This document shows, piece after piece, positions 34,265-46,418 of a stretch of DNA of 52,020 nt. Source of the DNA: Cyanophora paradoxa CCMP329 (taxonomy: Eukaryota; Plantae; Glaucophyta); NCBI GenBank assembly GCA_004431415.1, contig QPMI01000680.1, forward strand, positions 1 to 52,020, written 5' to 3'. Made by a program: the position numbers and the translations under genes. Below the pieces are notes generated by a model. That model saw only the letters and a program-made list of their open reading frames with translations. It searched no databases and was not told where the DNA came from. Numbering within the stretch: the stretch's first letter is position 1; each line of letters begins with the position of its first letter.

Positions 34265-37200
34265 ATGTCGGAGATCGAAGGTGGGAACATACTCCACGCC
34301 AACCATCCCTTCATACAGACCGCAAAGGTGCGCGTGTCGCCGGATCCCACGACGAAGAGAAAGTCTGCTCGCCGCGTCGGTGGACGGCGCGCGAGGAGCC
34401 CCGTCGACGATAATTCCAGTTATTTCTGTACTTGCGAAACGATCGCTGACGCCGTTCGCATCGGTCTCCAACCTGCAGGCGTCGACGAGTTGCGGAGTGT
34501 GCCAAGACTGGATACAGGCAAGCCTGCAGCGTGCACTGCTCCTTAGCAAACAGCGGGATGTTGCATGAGCCGTTGGACGAGCGCATGGGATGCGCTTGAC
34601 GAGGGCGCGCAGGTAAGGGCGACGAAGAAAGTAGACCCGGCGACCATCTGCCGAAGCGGGAAAGGATGCAGTGCGCACGTCCACGCCGCCGTCGCGCGCC
34701 GCCGCGCGATCGTCGCCGACCGCGCCGCCCGCTTCGCGCCCCGCGCAGCGCGGGCCTACCACCTCTCGTGTATCCTGGGGCGCATGGGGCGCCCCGCATG
34801 TGAGGCCGCCATGGAGCAGAAGCGCTGGGAGTGGTGCGCGCGCGCCCCTTCCCCATTCGCCCCTCCCCGCGCCGGCCCGCCCACCGGCCCCTGACGCCCC
34901 CGTGCAGCCCGAAGTGCCTGGGGAAGCGGGAGCGCGGGTCCAAGGTGAACCTGGCCCATCTCCCCTACGAGGATGCCGAATGGCTCCACGCCAAGCTCTC
35001 CAAGGCGCGGCGCTCGCTGTGCCCCGCCACCCGGCCCTCCCCCGCCCCGTCGGCGAGCCGGTACCCCCGCAGCTGGTGAAGGTGAAGTTCGAGAACCTGG
35101 AGCGTGTGCTGGCGCAGGCCCCGGCGCGAAAGTCGCTGGCCGCGAAGCGCCGCCGGCCCGACGAGCCCGCCAGCGACGGCGACGACGGCACTCCCCACGC
35201 CAAGGCCCGCGCAGCACCCCTCCCCCATCCCCCCCTCGGCAGCTCGCGCTGACCCGGCCGGCAGGTGGCGAAGCGGCCGCTGAAGGGGTCGGCGGCGTCG
35301 AGCTCGGCGTCTGGGTCGGGGGCGGGTACCCCGGCGACGGCTGGGGAGGTGAAGGAGGAGCCGGCGACGGACGGGGAGGGGGCCGCCGCCTCGAGCGCCG
35401 GCCTGGCGCCCTTGGAGGTTCCCGCCGCGCCCGACGAGGCCCCCGCCTCCGCCCCCGCCTCGGCCGCTGCGTCCGCCCCCGACTCGCAGGGGAGCTCGGC
35501 GCGGGGGGGCAGCCCCTCGCCCCGCCACCGGCCGCCCTCCGCGGAGGCGGGGCGCGAGCCCTCCCCGCCGCCCCGGGCCGAGGAAAGCCCTCCGGAGGAG
35601 CCCCCGTCGCCCGAGGAGGCGGGGCGCCCGCCGCGCCGGAGGCGCCCCCGCCGCAGCTGCCCCGCACCCGTCGCCGCCTCCACGCTCCCCGGCCCCAGCC
35701 CCTGCCCCGGAGTCCCCGCCGGCGCCGGCGCCGGCGCCGGCCCCCGCCGAGGCCGGCGGCGCTGCGGCCGTGAGCGCCCCCGCAGGGGAGCCGCCGGGGC
35801 GGGCGCAGAGCCCGCAAGCGGGGCGGCGGCGGCGGCGGCGGGGCGGCCCTCGCCGCCGGCCTCGCCGGACATGCCTGCGGCGGCGCCCCCCAGGCGGGGG
35901 GCCTGGCCTCCCTCGGCCGCGCCGCCGCCGCCTCGCCCTCCGCCTCCCCCCGCTGGCCCCGGCCCGCAGCGGCTCCCGCAAGCGGGGCCCGCCCCCGCGC
36001 CCCGGCTCCAGCAACAGCCTCCGCCGTTCGCCCCCGCGCCTCCCCCGCCTGCCCCCGCCCCCTGAGACCGCCCCCGCAGCGCCCGCCGGCCATCGCTCCG
36101 CCTCCCCGTCCGCCCTGCTGGCCCCGCCTCCGGGGCCCGACGGCGACTACTCCGACGAGGCCCGCCCCTCCCCCCGCCTTCAATTGCTGTACCCCCCGAG
36201 ACCCGAACGCCGCGCGCAGGGGGAGTACGAGGACGCGCGGGCTCTCGGGGTCGAGTCCGTCTCGGGCCAGTTCGTCACCTACAGAGAGTACTTCTACTAC
36301 AAGGCGCGCCGCCCCCGTGCCCCCCTCCTCTTCGCCTTGCCCCGCCCTGACGCCCGGGGGTACGGCAGTACACGTACGTGCAGGGGGACTTCGTGCGCAT
36401 CTGCTACGAGGACCCGCGGACGGGGGCCCCGACGCTCTCCGTCGTCCTGCTCGCCCGCATATTCACCGACGGCTCCTCCTCCCCGGACTCGTCCGCCCTC
36501 CAGGTCCTCGCCTCTTGTACCCCCGGGCACTGGCTTCGCTTCTTCGGCTTAGCGATGACGTACCCCACCCAGGTCTACATTGACGTGGTGTGGCTCCGCG
36601 AGCCCAAGAGCGTGGCCCTGGTTCGCCCCACCCCCCTCTCTCTTCGCCTCCGCCCCTCGGGTTCGCTCCACTTGACGCGGCGGGGCGCGTGCGCAGGCGC
36701 CGACGCGGATGCCTGCGACGCGGCGGCGGGAGCTGTTCATGACGGAGGAGGTCCTCGCGGGGGCCCTCGCCGAGGCCGTCCGGGGCCCGCCCCTCTCCGT
36801 CCGCATCGGGCCGCCGGACGCGCCCCCGCCGCCGCCCAACGCGTACCTGGTGCGGTACCTGTACGACCCGGCGAGCAGCAGCGTGGCGCCCGTGCCGGCC
36901 AACCTCCACCGCTACTCCGTCGAGGTCCCCAGGGAGCGCCTGGCGCCCTCCAGCCGCCCCGCCTCCCCGCCCTCCGTCCCCCCCGTCTCCTGGCACGCGA
37001 AGAAGGCGCGCGAGGCGAGCCCGCCGGCCCCCGGCGCCCTCGACGTCCTCTTCCGCGCCGTCGAAGCCCGCCTCGCCCGCGAGCCGCGCCCCGCGGCGGC
37101 GCCGCCTGCTGCGCCGCCCTCGCCGCCGGAGCCGGCGGTCCCGCCGGAGCTGCGGTCGGAGCTGGCGGCGCTGTGGCCGCAGCTGAAGGACTTCGGCGCT

Positions 37201-38917
37201 GCGGTGGCGTGCCTGGCGCCCGGGCGGGTGGCGGACCGCGCGACGGCGCTGGCGGACGTGCGGCGGCTGGCGCAGGGCGAAGTCTTCCCGCAGCTGGCGG
37301 CCCTGCAGGCGGCCGTGCGCGCCGCGGGGCTCCAGCTCTCGGGGCCCCTCCTCGAGGCCTTCACGCTCCTCGAGTCCGCCCTCCGCTCCGCCGCCGCCGT
37401 GCGCGCTTCCCTCCCGCGCGCCCCTCTGCGCTCGCCCGCTCGCCCCTGAGCCTCCTTCGCTCCTCGCCGGCGCGCAGGCGGCGGGGAAGGGCGACTGGGC
37501 CACGGCGCTGCGCGAGGGCGCCATTGTCGCCGTCCTCGCGGGGGCGCCCCCGCCCACCGGCCCCGGGCCCGCACCCTCCCCGGCGCCCGCCCCGGGCCCC
37601 AGCCCCACCCCCGCCCCCGCCCCCTCCCGCCCCGCCGCCCCCGTCTTTGCGCACGCCCCCGCCGCGCCCCCAGCGCGGCCCGGCCCCTTCCTACCCGGCG
37701 CCGGCGCTGGCGCCGGCGCCGCCCCTGCCCCCCGTCCACGTCCGCGACGCCCCAGCGCTCCCGAAGGGCGTGACGACCGTGCGGTACCCCGGCGGGGAGG
37801 TCGCCCCCGGCTGGCGCCGGCGCCGGCCGCGGCCCCGCACGCCCGCCCCGCCCCCACCTCCGCGCCGCCCTCCTCCGCTTCCTTCCCGCCCCGCGCGCCG
37901 GGCAGCCGGCACGAGAATGCTCCTCCTCTCGCCCCGAAGCCGGCCCCGGCCTCCTCCTCCGCCGGGACGCACCCCGTCCCACGCACTCCGACGCCGCGCG
38001 ACCCCACGCCCTCCCGCCCGCCCCGCCCCGCCCCCGCCCCGCCCTCGCTGCAGGCTGCCCACAGCGCCGCCTGGGCCGCCGCCCCGCAGCCGGGGCGCCC
38101 TCAGCGCCTTCCAGCAGGCCCCGCCCCGGCTGCCGCCGCCGCCGCGGTGCGGGCAGCGCCGGCGCCGGGGGCCCCTGCGGCTCCCCCGGCGGTGCCGGAG
38201 TGCACGGTGATGCTGCCGCCCTCGGGGGCGGCGGTCGTGGACGAGGCGCGGGCGCGCCTCTCCGAGTTCGTGGAGCGCTCCCTGCGGCAGTGCGGCCTGC
38301 AGGCGGCCCGCCGCGAGCGCGCCCCCGCGCAGCTGCGCGCCGCGCTAGAGGCCGAGCACGTGCCCCTTCACGACCAGGCCGTGATCCCCCTCCTCCTCCG
38401 CCTCTCCGCCTGCGCCGCCCTCGGCCTCCCCGCCCTCCTCGCCGCCGTCACCCGCGCCGGGCACGCGCTGCGGGCCTGCATGCAGGCGGCGCGCGACGGG
38501 GACGCGAACCGGGCGGCCGAGGCCGGGCTGCAGATGGCGCGGGCGGCGGGGGAGCTCGCGGCCTTCCGGTTCGCGCTGGTGGACGCGCGCGCCTTCAGGG
38601 ACTACTGGGAGGCCTTCCCGCGCCTGCGGCCGCCCCGGGCGCCCCCGCAGGCCCACCTCCGCCCCGCCCCGCCGGCCCCGGGCGAGCCGGCCGGCGTCGC
38701 CGTGGCCCTGGCGCAGGCGCACACGGAGGGGGTCTGGGAGCAGGCGACGGTGGACGAGATCCTCCTCCGCGCCGCCTCCGCCGGCCTCGCCACCGTCGGC
38801 GCCCTCGCCGCCGCCCTCGAGGGCCCCTCGCCCCCGCTCGCCCTCGCCAGCCTCCACCCCACAATCCTCTCCGCCCTCCGCGCCGCCATCGCGGGGCACA
38901 GGCCCCACCTCAGCTAG
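34265..38917 (+). CDS. PHD-finger + BAH-like domain chromatin protein with long Pro/Ala linkers
   Basis: Spliced N-terminus CGVC-x17-CRSGKGCTRAYHLSC...WECPKC has the C4HC3 pattern. Region 36220-36920 (YVQGDFVRI...LARIF...VYIDVVWLR...RELFMT...YLVRYLYDP) resembles a BAH domain. TAG at 38917. Confidence 0.7.
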
Positions 38918-39116
38918 CCCCCGCCCCCCGCCCGCCCCGCCCGCCCGCCCCATGCAGCGCGCCCGATCGGCGCCAATGGAACTAGTTCGAATTCCACGAC
39001 TGCGACGACGTTCGACGCTCGCGCCGCGGGCCGGGGCCGCCGCTGCACGCGCCAAAAGGAAGGCACGGCGGATCCGGAGGGGGCGGAGGCGGCCAGGCCC
39101 CCGGCGCCGCCCTCGC

Positions 39117-40356
39117 TCAGTCCTCCTCCTCGTCCTTCTCCTCGCGGAAGCGCGGGTTCTTCGCCTGCGGGGCGGAGGGGGGGGGGGGGAGGGTGAGCCG
39201 CCGGAGGGGCGCCGCCTCGGGCCGGGCTGCGGCGAACGCTCGCCTCCGAGGTGCGCGCGCGCTTGTCCCCGTCGCCCTCCGAGGCGCCCGAGTCCCGGCC
39301 CCGCTTGCCCAGGTACCCGCTCTCTGCCGGCCCCACCCTCAGCGAACGAAGCGGGGCGGCCGGGCCGGGGCTCCGCCCGCACCGCTGCGCCCCCGGCCGT
39401 ACACGGAGGCGGCGGCGGAGCCCGGGGCGTCCCGCCCCGACGCGCTGCTGTACACCTGCTGGTCCTCCGTGCCCCGCGGCACCTGCGTCCCGTCGTAGAT
39501 CTCCTTGTACCCCTGCACGAGGTCAGCCGGGGTGCGGAGGCGCAGGGGGCGGGGCCCGGGCACCGCGGCGCGCTTCTGCTCGAGCTCCTCGATCTCGCGC
39601 TGCCGCAGCTTGCCGTACCCGCCCCGCCCCGCGTCGAAGTCCGTCCGGTACTCGTCTCGAACCTGAGGCAGCGGTGAGGCGCGGCGCGTGGCGCGGCGCG
39701 CGAGCCGCTCGCCTGCCCGCCGCTGCGGCCGCGGCCGTACTGCCGGCCTTCCCTGAAGCCGTAGTCCCAGTCACAGCGGATCAGGCGGTCGTCCAGCTTC
39801 GTCTGGCTGATGTAGCGGATGCAGTCCTCCGCGTCCGGCCGCCTGTAGTACCTGCACGCCGGGCGCCCCGTTCGGAAAGGGGCGGCCGGGGGCGCCCGTG
39901 TCGGCGGCGGCCGCACTCGACGAAGCAGAAGCCGCAGGGCGTCTTGCGGTTGCGGTCGAGGCCCATGATGATGCGCTTGATCTCGCCCACCTTGGAGAAG
40001 AGCTCGTAGATCTGCTCCTCGGTCGTGTAGAACGAGAGGTTGCCTATGTACAGCGTGGACGTCGTCCGAAGCAATCTCTCCATCTCCTCCCTCGATTCGA
40101 CATACCTGCGCCGCGCTGGCAGCTAAGCGCGCCGCAGGAGCGGCAGGATGGCCGCGGTCGGCCGGCGCACCCTTCTCGTATCGCCTTGGAGTCTATGTAC
40201 TGTTTGGGGTGTCAGCGAAGTTAGCGATGCGCCTCCGGGCCAGCGCGGGGGGCCGCGCGGACCTGGGTGAGCGGCGGGTTCATGGGCTGCGCTGAAACGT
40301 CAGGAAGTGTCACAAGCGACGCCGCGCGGCGATCGGACCTCGTAAAGGAACGCCAT
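39117..40356 (-). CDS. NCBP2: Nuclear cap-binding protein subunit 2 (CBP20)
   Basis: [77 protein letters not shown], and a plant-like tail [14 protein letters not shown]. Confidence 0.97.
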
Positions 40357-40673
40357 TTTGCCCGCGAGCCGCCCGCGAAGGGGGTACAAGAGCGGCCTGG
40401 CGCCTGTACCCGGCTCATTAGGCATCGGTGAGCGATCGCGTCCCACGACAGATAGGAGCCGCGGGAGGGGCCGGCGACCCTAGAAGCCGTATCAGCAGCG
40501 TTTGCGCATACGATAGATGGGCTAGCCGTCGCGAGCGCCCGCGGATTCCAGTGCATCGCCTCCCCGCCAGCTAGGAGCGGCCAGGACGCGCGGCCAGCGG
40601 GCTAGCTTTGCATAGAGTTGGTGCCGTGCGTCTGGGCGAGCTAGTGCGCTGACCGCCGCGTGATGCGCAGAAA
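40357..40673. promoter_or_regulatory. Probable bidirectional promoter between NCBP2 and RPS7, including a probable RPS7 5'-UTR intron ending 3 nt before the ATG
   Basis: Divergent start codons 317 bp apart. GTGCGT...GCTGAC...GCGCAG|AAAATG matches the local intron consensus. Confidence 0.55.
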
Positions 40674-41457
40674 ATGTTCACGGCACGGAAGAAGATCATC
40701 AAGGAGAAGAACGCGGAGCCGGATGAGTTCGAAGAGAACGTCGCCCAGGCGCTCTTCGACCTGGAGGTCAGCGCGAGCGACCTGAAGGCCGACCTGCGCG
40801 ATCTCTACATCACCGCGGCGAAGGAGATCGACGTGGCCGGCGGCAAGAAGGCCGTTGTGATCTTCGTCCCCTTCCGCCTGCTGAAGAACTACCACAAGAT
40901 CCAGCAGCGCCTCATTCGCGAGCTGGAGAAGAAGTTCAGCGGCAAGCACGTCGTTATCATCGCCCAGCGCCGCATCCTCCAGAAGCCTGGCCGGAAGAAC
41001 CGCGCTAAGCTCCAGAAGCGCCCGCGCTCGCGCACCCTCACCGCGGTGCACGAGTCCATCATGGACGACCTCGTCTACCCGACCGAGATCGTCGGCAAGC
41101 GCATGCGCTTCCGCGTTGACGGCACCAAGACCCAGAAGGTGTAAGTACAGACCCGCGCCTTCCCTGGGAGTGTTAGGGGGCGGGAATCGCTCGGGGTCCT
41201 CCTGCCCCGCCGGCCGGTCGCGACGCCGACCTTTTCGGGTCCTCTTTCGTGCCGCGATTCCCCGTCTAGCGCCTCGGCCCTGCTCCCGTTTCTCTTTCGG
41301 CGGAAGATCTGATCGCGCGTGGCGGCGGCGCAGCTACCTGGACCCGAAGGACCAGGCCAACGTCGAGTACAAGCTCGAGACCTTCGCGACCGTGTACAAG
41401 AAGCTGACCGGCAAGGACGTCAACTTCCTGTTCCCCGTCGCCCAGCAGGACATCTAA
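40674..41457 (+). CDS. RPS7: 40S ribosomal protein eS7; one coding intron at 41141-41333
   Basis: [45 protein letters not shown] and [12 protein letters not shown]. Confidence 0.98.
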
Positions 41458-41971
41458 GCCGCTCCCGCGGCCGGCTCCGTGGCGGCAGCCTGGCGACCAG
41501 CTTTGGCGACCAGCAGCTTAGCCCAGCCTCTCGACGCACAAATGTCTGGACTCGGTTCGCCGTGGCCGTAGGACAGACATCTTCTCCGTACAGATACTTA
41601 GCGCCCGCAAGCAGCCCAGCTCGCAGGCTATCTCGTGTCGCCGTGCACTGTCTCTCATTCGATGCCATTCTTGACTTCTCGCGCCCTGTGCGTTGGTGCC
41701 GGGGCGGGCGGGCGGGCTGGGCCGGGTGGCCGGGGCTTCTTCGCAGCCTTCCGGTGCTTTCGCGTGGCGGCTGCGTGCTCGCCGGCGAGTGGGCCCGGGG
41801 TGCACGTGGGACGAACGCACTTCCCAAGATTGCAAAGGTCTTGAACTGACGCTTCGCGCGTCTATTCCGAAGCTGGCCCGTGGCGGGGAGCGGGGAGGCG
41901 TTCCGCGGGATTGCAGTAGAGGGTGCTGTACGAATTGGAGGGGACGGGGAATGGGCGGGGCCGAGAGGGCC

Positions 41972-43417
41972 CTAGCCCGGCGCCGGCGCCGCCTCGCCTC
42001 CCGATCTCCTCGCGATCCCCTCGCCGTCCTGCGCCGCCGCCCCCGCCGCCCCGCCCGGCGGCTCCGAGCTCGAGGCCGCGAGGAGGCTGCGCGGGCGTCA
42101 AAAGAGGGCCTCGCAGGGGGCCGAGGGGCCCGGGGCCCACGGGACGCGCCTGGGCCCGTTGCGGACGAGGGCGATTCGGAAGGCGGCCGCCCAGTCGCCC
42201 CTCGCGGGGCCCAACAGCGCCGCCATGCACGCGAACACGTGGTTCAGAGGGAACGCGCTGTTCCGGAACTCTGTACCCGGGGCTCAGGGGGGTACTGAGT
42301 GCGCGCGAGGAGGAGCGCGGGGGGGTACCGAGGGGGCAGCGGTCGAGGGGCAGGCGGGCGGATGCGATGCCCTGGCGCTCTGCCTTCCCCTGCGTCAGGC
42401 CCTACGCCGCGCCGGGCGTCAGGTGGGGCAGGCCGGTCAGAGCGGGGGTACGCGATGCGCCTTCACGACGTTCCGGTCGATGATCGCGCCCAGAATGTAC
42501 ACCTGGGTACCGTAGTACCGAGATCAGGCGACGGGGGAGGGGGAACGGAGGGGGTACGGCACCTTGGAGGGGTCGACGGTCTCGAGGACGTCGGGGGCGT
42601 CGGGGGAGAGGTACACGAGCTCTTCCCGCTTGAAGACATCGATGTACTCCCCCTCGTGGAGGTCGACGAGCCACTCCTGCAGCCCCGCGAGGCGCGGGAG
42701 GAGCTGCCGCCGCGCCGCCTCACCGACGCCGCAGACGTGCACGCGCCAGGGCCGCTCCAGCCGCTTGTTGATGCCCCACACGTCCACGAGCTGCCGCGCC
42801 AGGCTCTGCCGCTGCGTCAGACGGGCGCGGGCACGCGCGCGGGCCGGGGACCGCGGCCCGGGCACCTTGACCCACTGCGGGAGGCCGGGGGGCGTCAGCG
42901 GGCGGGGAGGGGGGGCCTCGGAGCGCGCGGCGGGCGTGCCTTCTCGTCGGGGTACTCGGAGGCGTGCTCCTGGAAGTCGAGGTCGACGACGAGGCGCGGG
43001 CCGCCGGCCATAAGCCCCGCCAGACGCTCCCGCTCCGCCTCCTTCCGCGCCCTCCGGTCCGCCCGCAGCTTCGCGTTCGCCTCCGCCACCTTCCGCACCT
43101 CCTCTGCGCGCAAATGCGCATCGGAGGCGCGGCGCGGCGCAGCGGGCGGGGCGTGGCGGACCCTCGGGCAGCGTGGCCAGGCGGCTCGCCTTCTTGAGGG
43201 CGCGCTCCGCCATCATCTGGTCGTGCGCGCTCTGCCTCTCGGCTTTCTTCGCGTGGATGCGCGCGATCATCTGCCGCCGCTTCCGCTCGTTCTTGCTAAG
43301 CTGCGCCTCGCTCGAGCTTGAAGCGCTCGCCTCGCCCGCGCTGGCGGCGCTGTGGGCCGCAGCTTCGCCGCACGCCGCAGCCTCTGCATTGGACCCCGGC
43401 GCACGATCGGTTGTCAT
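41972..43417 (-). CDS. TRM10: tRNA (guanine-N1, position 9) methyltransferase, TRM10 family
   Basis: Basic N-terminus LSKNERKRR, then PRLVVDLDF, SLARQL, ELVYLSPDA, VYILGAIIDRN, ARLPL and LNHVF. The 3' end is approximate. Confidence 0.9.
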
Positions 43418-43719
43418 CCGCTGCCGCCTCGGTGCCGGCGCGCGAGCGGCCGCTAAAGTCGCCGGTGATGCTTGTGGTCAGCTGCAGTCGCCTTAGATTA
43501 GCCGATCGGATATCTAGCGTCTATCCGTCTGCAGGGGCTTCACGCGGACGCGGTGGCGGCGGTCCCGGGTGGTGCAGCAGGGGGGTACCGCGAAAGGTGA
43601 CGCAACGCTTGTAGGGTTCACGGTAGCTGCCGCGTATGAGCATCACGACGAGTATCATTCGATAGCTAGCGTCTTTTTCGCACCTCAGCAAGAGGCTCCG
43701 CGCCCATCATACGTATGAA

Positions 43720-46272
43720 ATGAAGCCCAGCAAGTCCGAGTTCGAGCAGCTCGACGCGCTGCTTGACCCGCGATCGGTATCCCCGACGATCGAAGCCGAC
43801 GGGCGTGAGGCTGCGGCGGCCCACGGGGCCGACGGGGATGGCACAAGGCAGCGCGCGGCGCTGCGGCCCGGGCCGGCGGGCGGGCCCGGCCTCGTGCGCC
43901 CCTCGACGTCCGAGTACAGCATTGCCGACCTCGCCAAGGGGGCGCCCGAGCCCGCCATCCAAGTGGTCCCGGCCGCCCCGCCGGCGCGCGTGCCATCGGC
44001 GCCGATCGGCGCGGACGCGGGCCAGCAGCGGCGGCGGCTGATCAGCCTCCTCTGCGTGCTCGGCATCACGCTGCTCGGCGACAGCGCGCGCGGCCTCTTC
44101 CTCCCCACCCAGCTGCAGTACGTCCAGAGCCTCGGCGGCGGCTCGGGTGCGCATGCCCTGCGCCCCTCCGCGCCGCCCGCCTCGCCCTCTTACAGGGCGC
44201 CGGGCAGGGGCACTGGGGCTGGCGGTGGCGTCGTACTCGGCGGGGCGGCTGCTCTTCTCGCCCCTGCTCGGCGCCGTCGCCGACCGCCGCTCCTTCTCCT
44301 ACTCCCTCCAGCTCTCCCTCGTCCTCATGGCCGCCGGCAACCTCCTCTACATCCTGGTGCCGTACCCCTCCCTGGCCCCGTTCCTCTCCTTCCTTACCCC
44401 GTACCCGTCCCCGGCCCCGTCCCTCCTCCTTCCTTACCCCGTACCCCCTTCCCCCACCTCCCGCAGGTCCCGGCGCTGTGGGCGATGCTCGCCGCGCGCT
44501 TCGTCGTCGGCTGCGGCGCGTCGACCCTCGGCATCTCCCGCGCGTGCGCCCCTACCCCCCTCACCGATCCCTGTACCCCCGCCGAGCCCCGGGCCCTCAG
44601 CTACGTGGTCGCCGTCACCACCGTCGAGCAGCGCACCGCTTACATGGTGCGCTTCCCGTACCCCCCGCCCCGCCCCTCCCCGTACCCCGGCCTGACCGCG
44701 CTCCCAGGCCTACCTCTCGGCTGTGCAGGTGCGGCCCCCGGCCCTGCTCTGAGCTCGACGTTCGCGCCCCGCCCGACGCGGGCCGGGGTACAGTTCGCGG
44801 GCTTCGCGGTGATGCCGGGGGCGGGCGCGCTCCTCTCCGCCCTCCCCGAGCTCGGCGTCGGGCCGCTCAGGTGACCCCGAGCTCGAGCCGGGCCCCGGCG
44901 CCGGCGGGGCGCGGCTGAGGGGGCCCGGGCGGGCGGGACAGGCTGGACGCTGTGACGGCGCCGGCGTGGCTGCTGGTGGCGGCGAGCGGGGCCCTCGCGG
45001 CGGCCCTCGCCCGCCGCTTCGAGGAGCCCTCCGCCTCTAAGGCCGAGCAGATCACCGGCGGCGGTGCGCTCTCTAGATCTCCCGTACCCCCCCCCTCCGT
45101 CCCCCCGAGCGCGCCGGGCGTGCAGGGGTATCGGAGCTGGGGCGCCTCCCCGCCCTGCCCCTCGCGGTCTGCCTCTGCATCAACTTCGCCTTCCGCGGCG
45201 TCCTCGCCGGTCCGCGTACCCCCCTCTCCTTCCCCTCCCCGAGCCGGCCCCGTACCCCCCTCACGGTTTTCGGCGCAGTCGTCGAGACGATCGGGACGGT
45301 CATCACCAGCCAGTACTTTCACCTCGAGGCGCCCCGTAGCCCCCTCCCTCGCGCCTCAGGGCCTCGTGCCCCCCTTACGCTTTCGCCGCAGGCGATGGGA
45401 AGCGGGCTCCTCTTCGCCGCCGTCGGCCTCCTCGGCATGGCCGTCGTGCGCCCCCGTACCCCCCAGCCATTGGCCCCCTCCCGAATCCCCCCCCCCCCCC
45501 AGTTCCTGTCGATCAAGCGCCTCTCGGGGCGCTTCGGCGACGCGGCGCTCGTCCTCGCCGGACTCCTCCTCGCCTCCCTGGGCGCGTACCCCCCCCCTTC
45601 TCCCCCCCCCTCCGCTTCTCAGCGGGGCGCAGGCTTCCTGGCGCTGGCGTGCCTCGACGCGCAGCGCCCGCACGTGCCCGTCTTTCTCGCCGGCCTCGCC
45701 CTCGTCTGGACGCTCGGGTTCGACTCCCGCCGGGGCCCCTTTCCGCCTTCCAACTTCTCACGGCTAGCGCGGACAGGTACCCCCTGGGCCAGACGGCGAT
45801 CCTATCGCTCTTCTCGAAGCTGCTCGGCCGCCGCAAGCAGGGCGCCTGGATGGGCGCGCGCGTGCCCCCCGCCCGCCCGCCCGCCCGCCCCCGTACCCCT
45901 GAGGCCGGGCGCAGGGTGGTTCACCTCGTCGGGGGCGGGGGCGCGGATCGCGTGCGCGTCGGCGGCGGGGTGGGCGTACCCCGCGGTGGGCCTGCCCGCG
46001 CTGGCGGGACGACGGCGGCGCTGCTGCTGGCGGCGGCGGGGGCCGAGATCGCCCTCCACCGCCGCTTCCTCGCCCTCGGCGCCGGCCCGCCCCGCGCCGC
46101 CGTCCGCCCCGCCGGCCCCGCCGGCCCCGCCGAGCCCCTCGCGCCCCTCCCCTCCATCGTAGTCGCCCGCACGCCCTCCGTCCCCCTCGCCGCCTCGGGC
46201 GCCGCCCCGGGCGCCGGCGCCCTCCACCGCGCGGGCAGCATCCCCCCCGGCTCCCGCGCCTCGCCACCTTAG
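43720..46272 (+). CDS. Major facilitator superfamily transporter (MFSD8-like)
   Basis: LFLPTQLQYVQSLGG, ASYSAGRLLFSPLLGAVADRR (motif A-like), ARFVVGCGASTLGISRAYV...EQRTAYM, and many hydrophobic exons. Confidence 0.85.
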
Positions 46273-46364
46273 GCAGAGGAATTTCGGAAGCTGAACGCAA
46301 ATGAGCATGAACGTCGACGAGCAGCGCAGCGCAAGCTGCAACACATCTAGATCTCCTGGGGCGG

Positions 46365-46418
46365 GAGGGGCTTGGCTTGGGCCTTGCACGTGAGGGGCTT
46401 GGCTTGGGCCTTGCACGT
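46365..46418 (+). repeat. 27-bp perfect tandem duplication
   Basis: GAGGGGCTTGGCTTGGGCCTTGCACGT x2. Confidence 0.9.
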
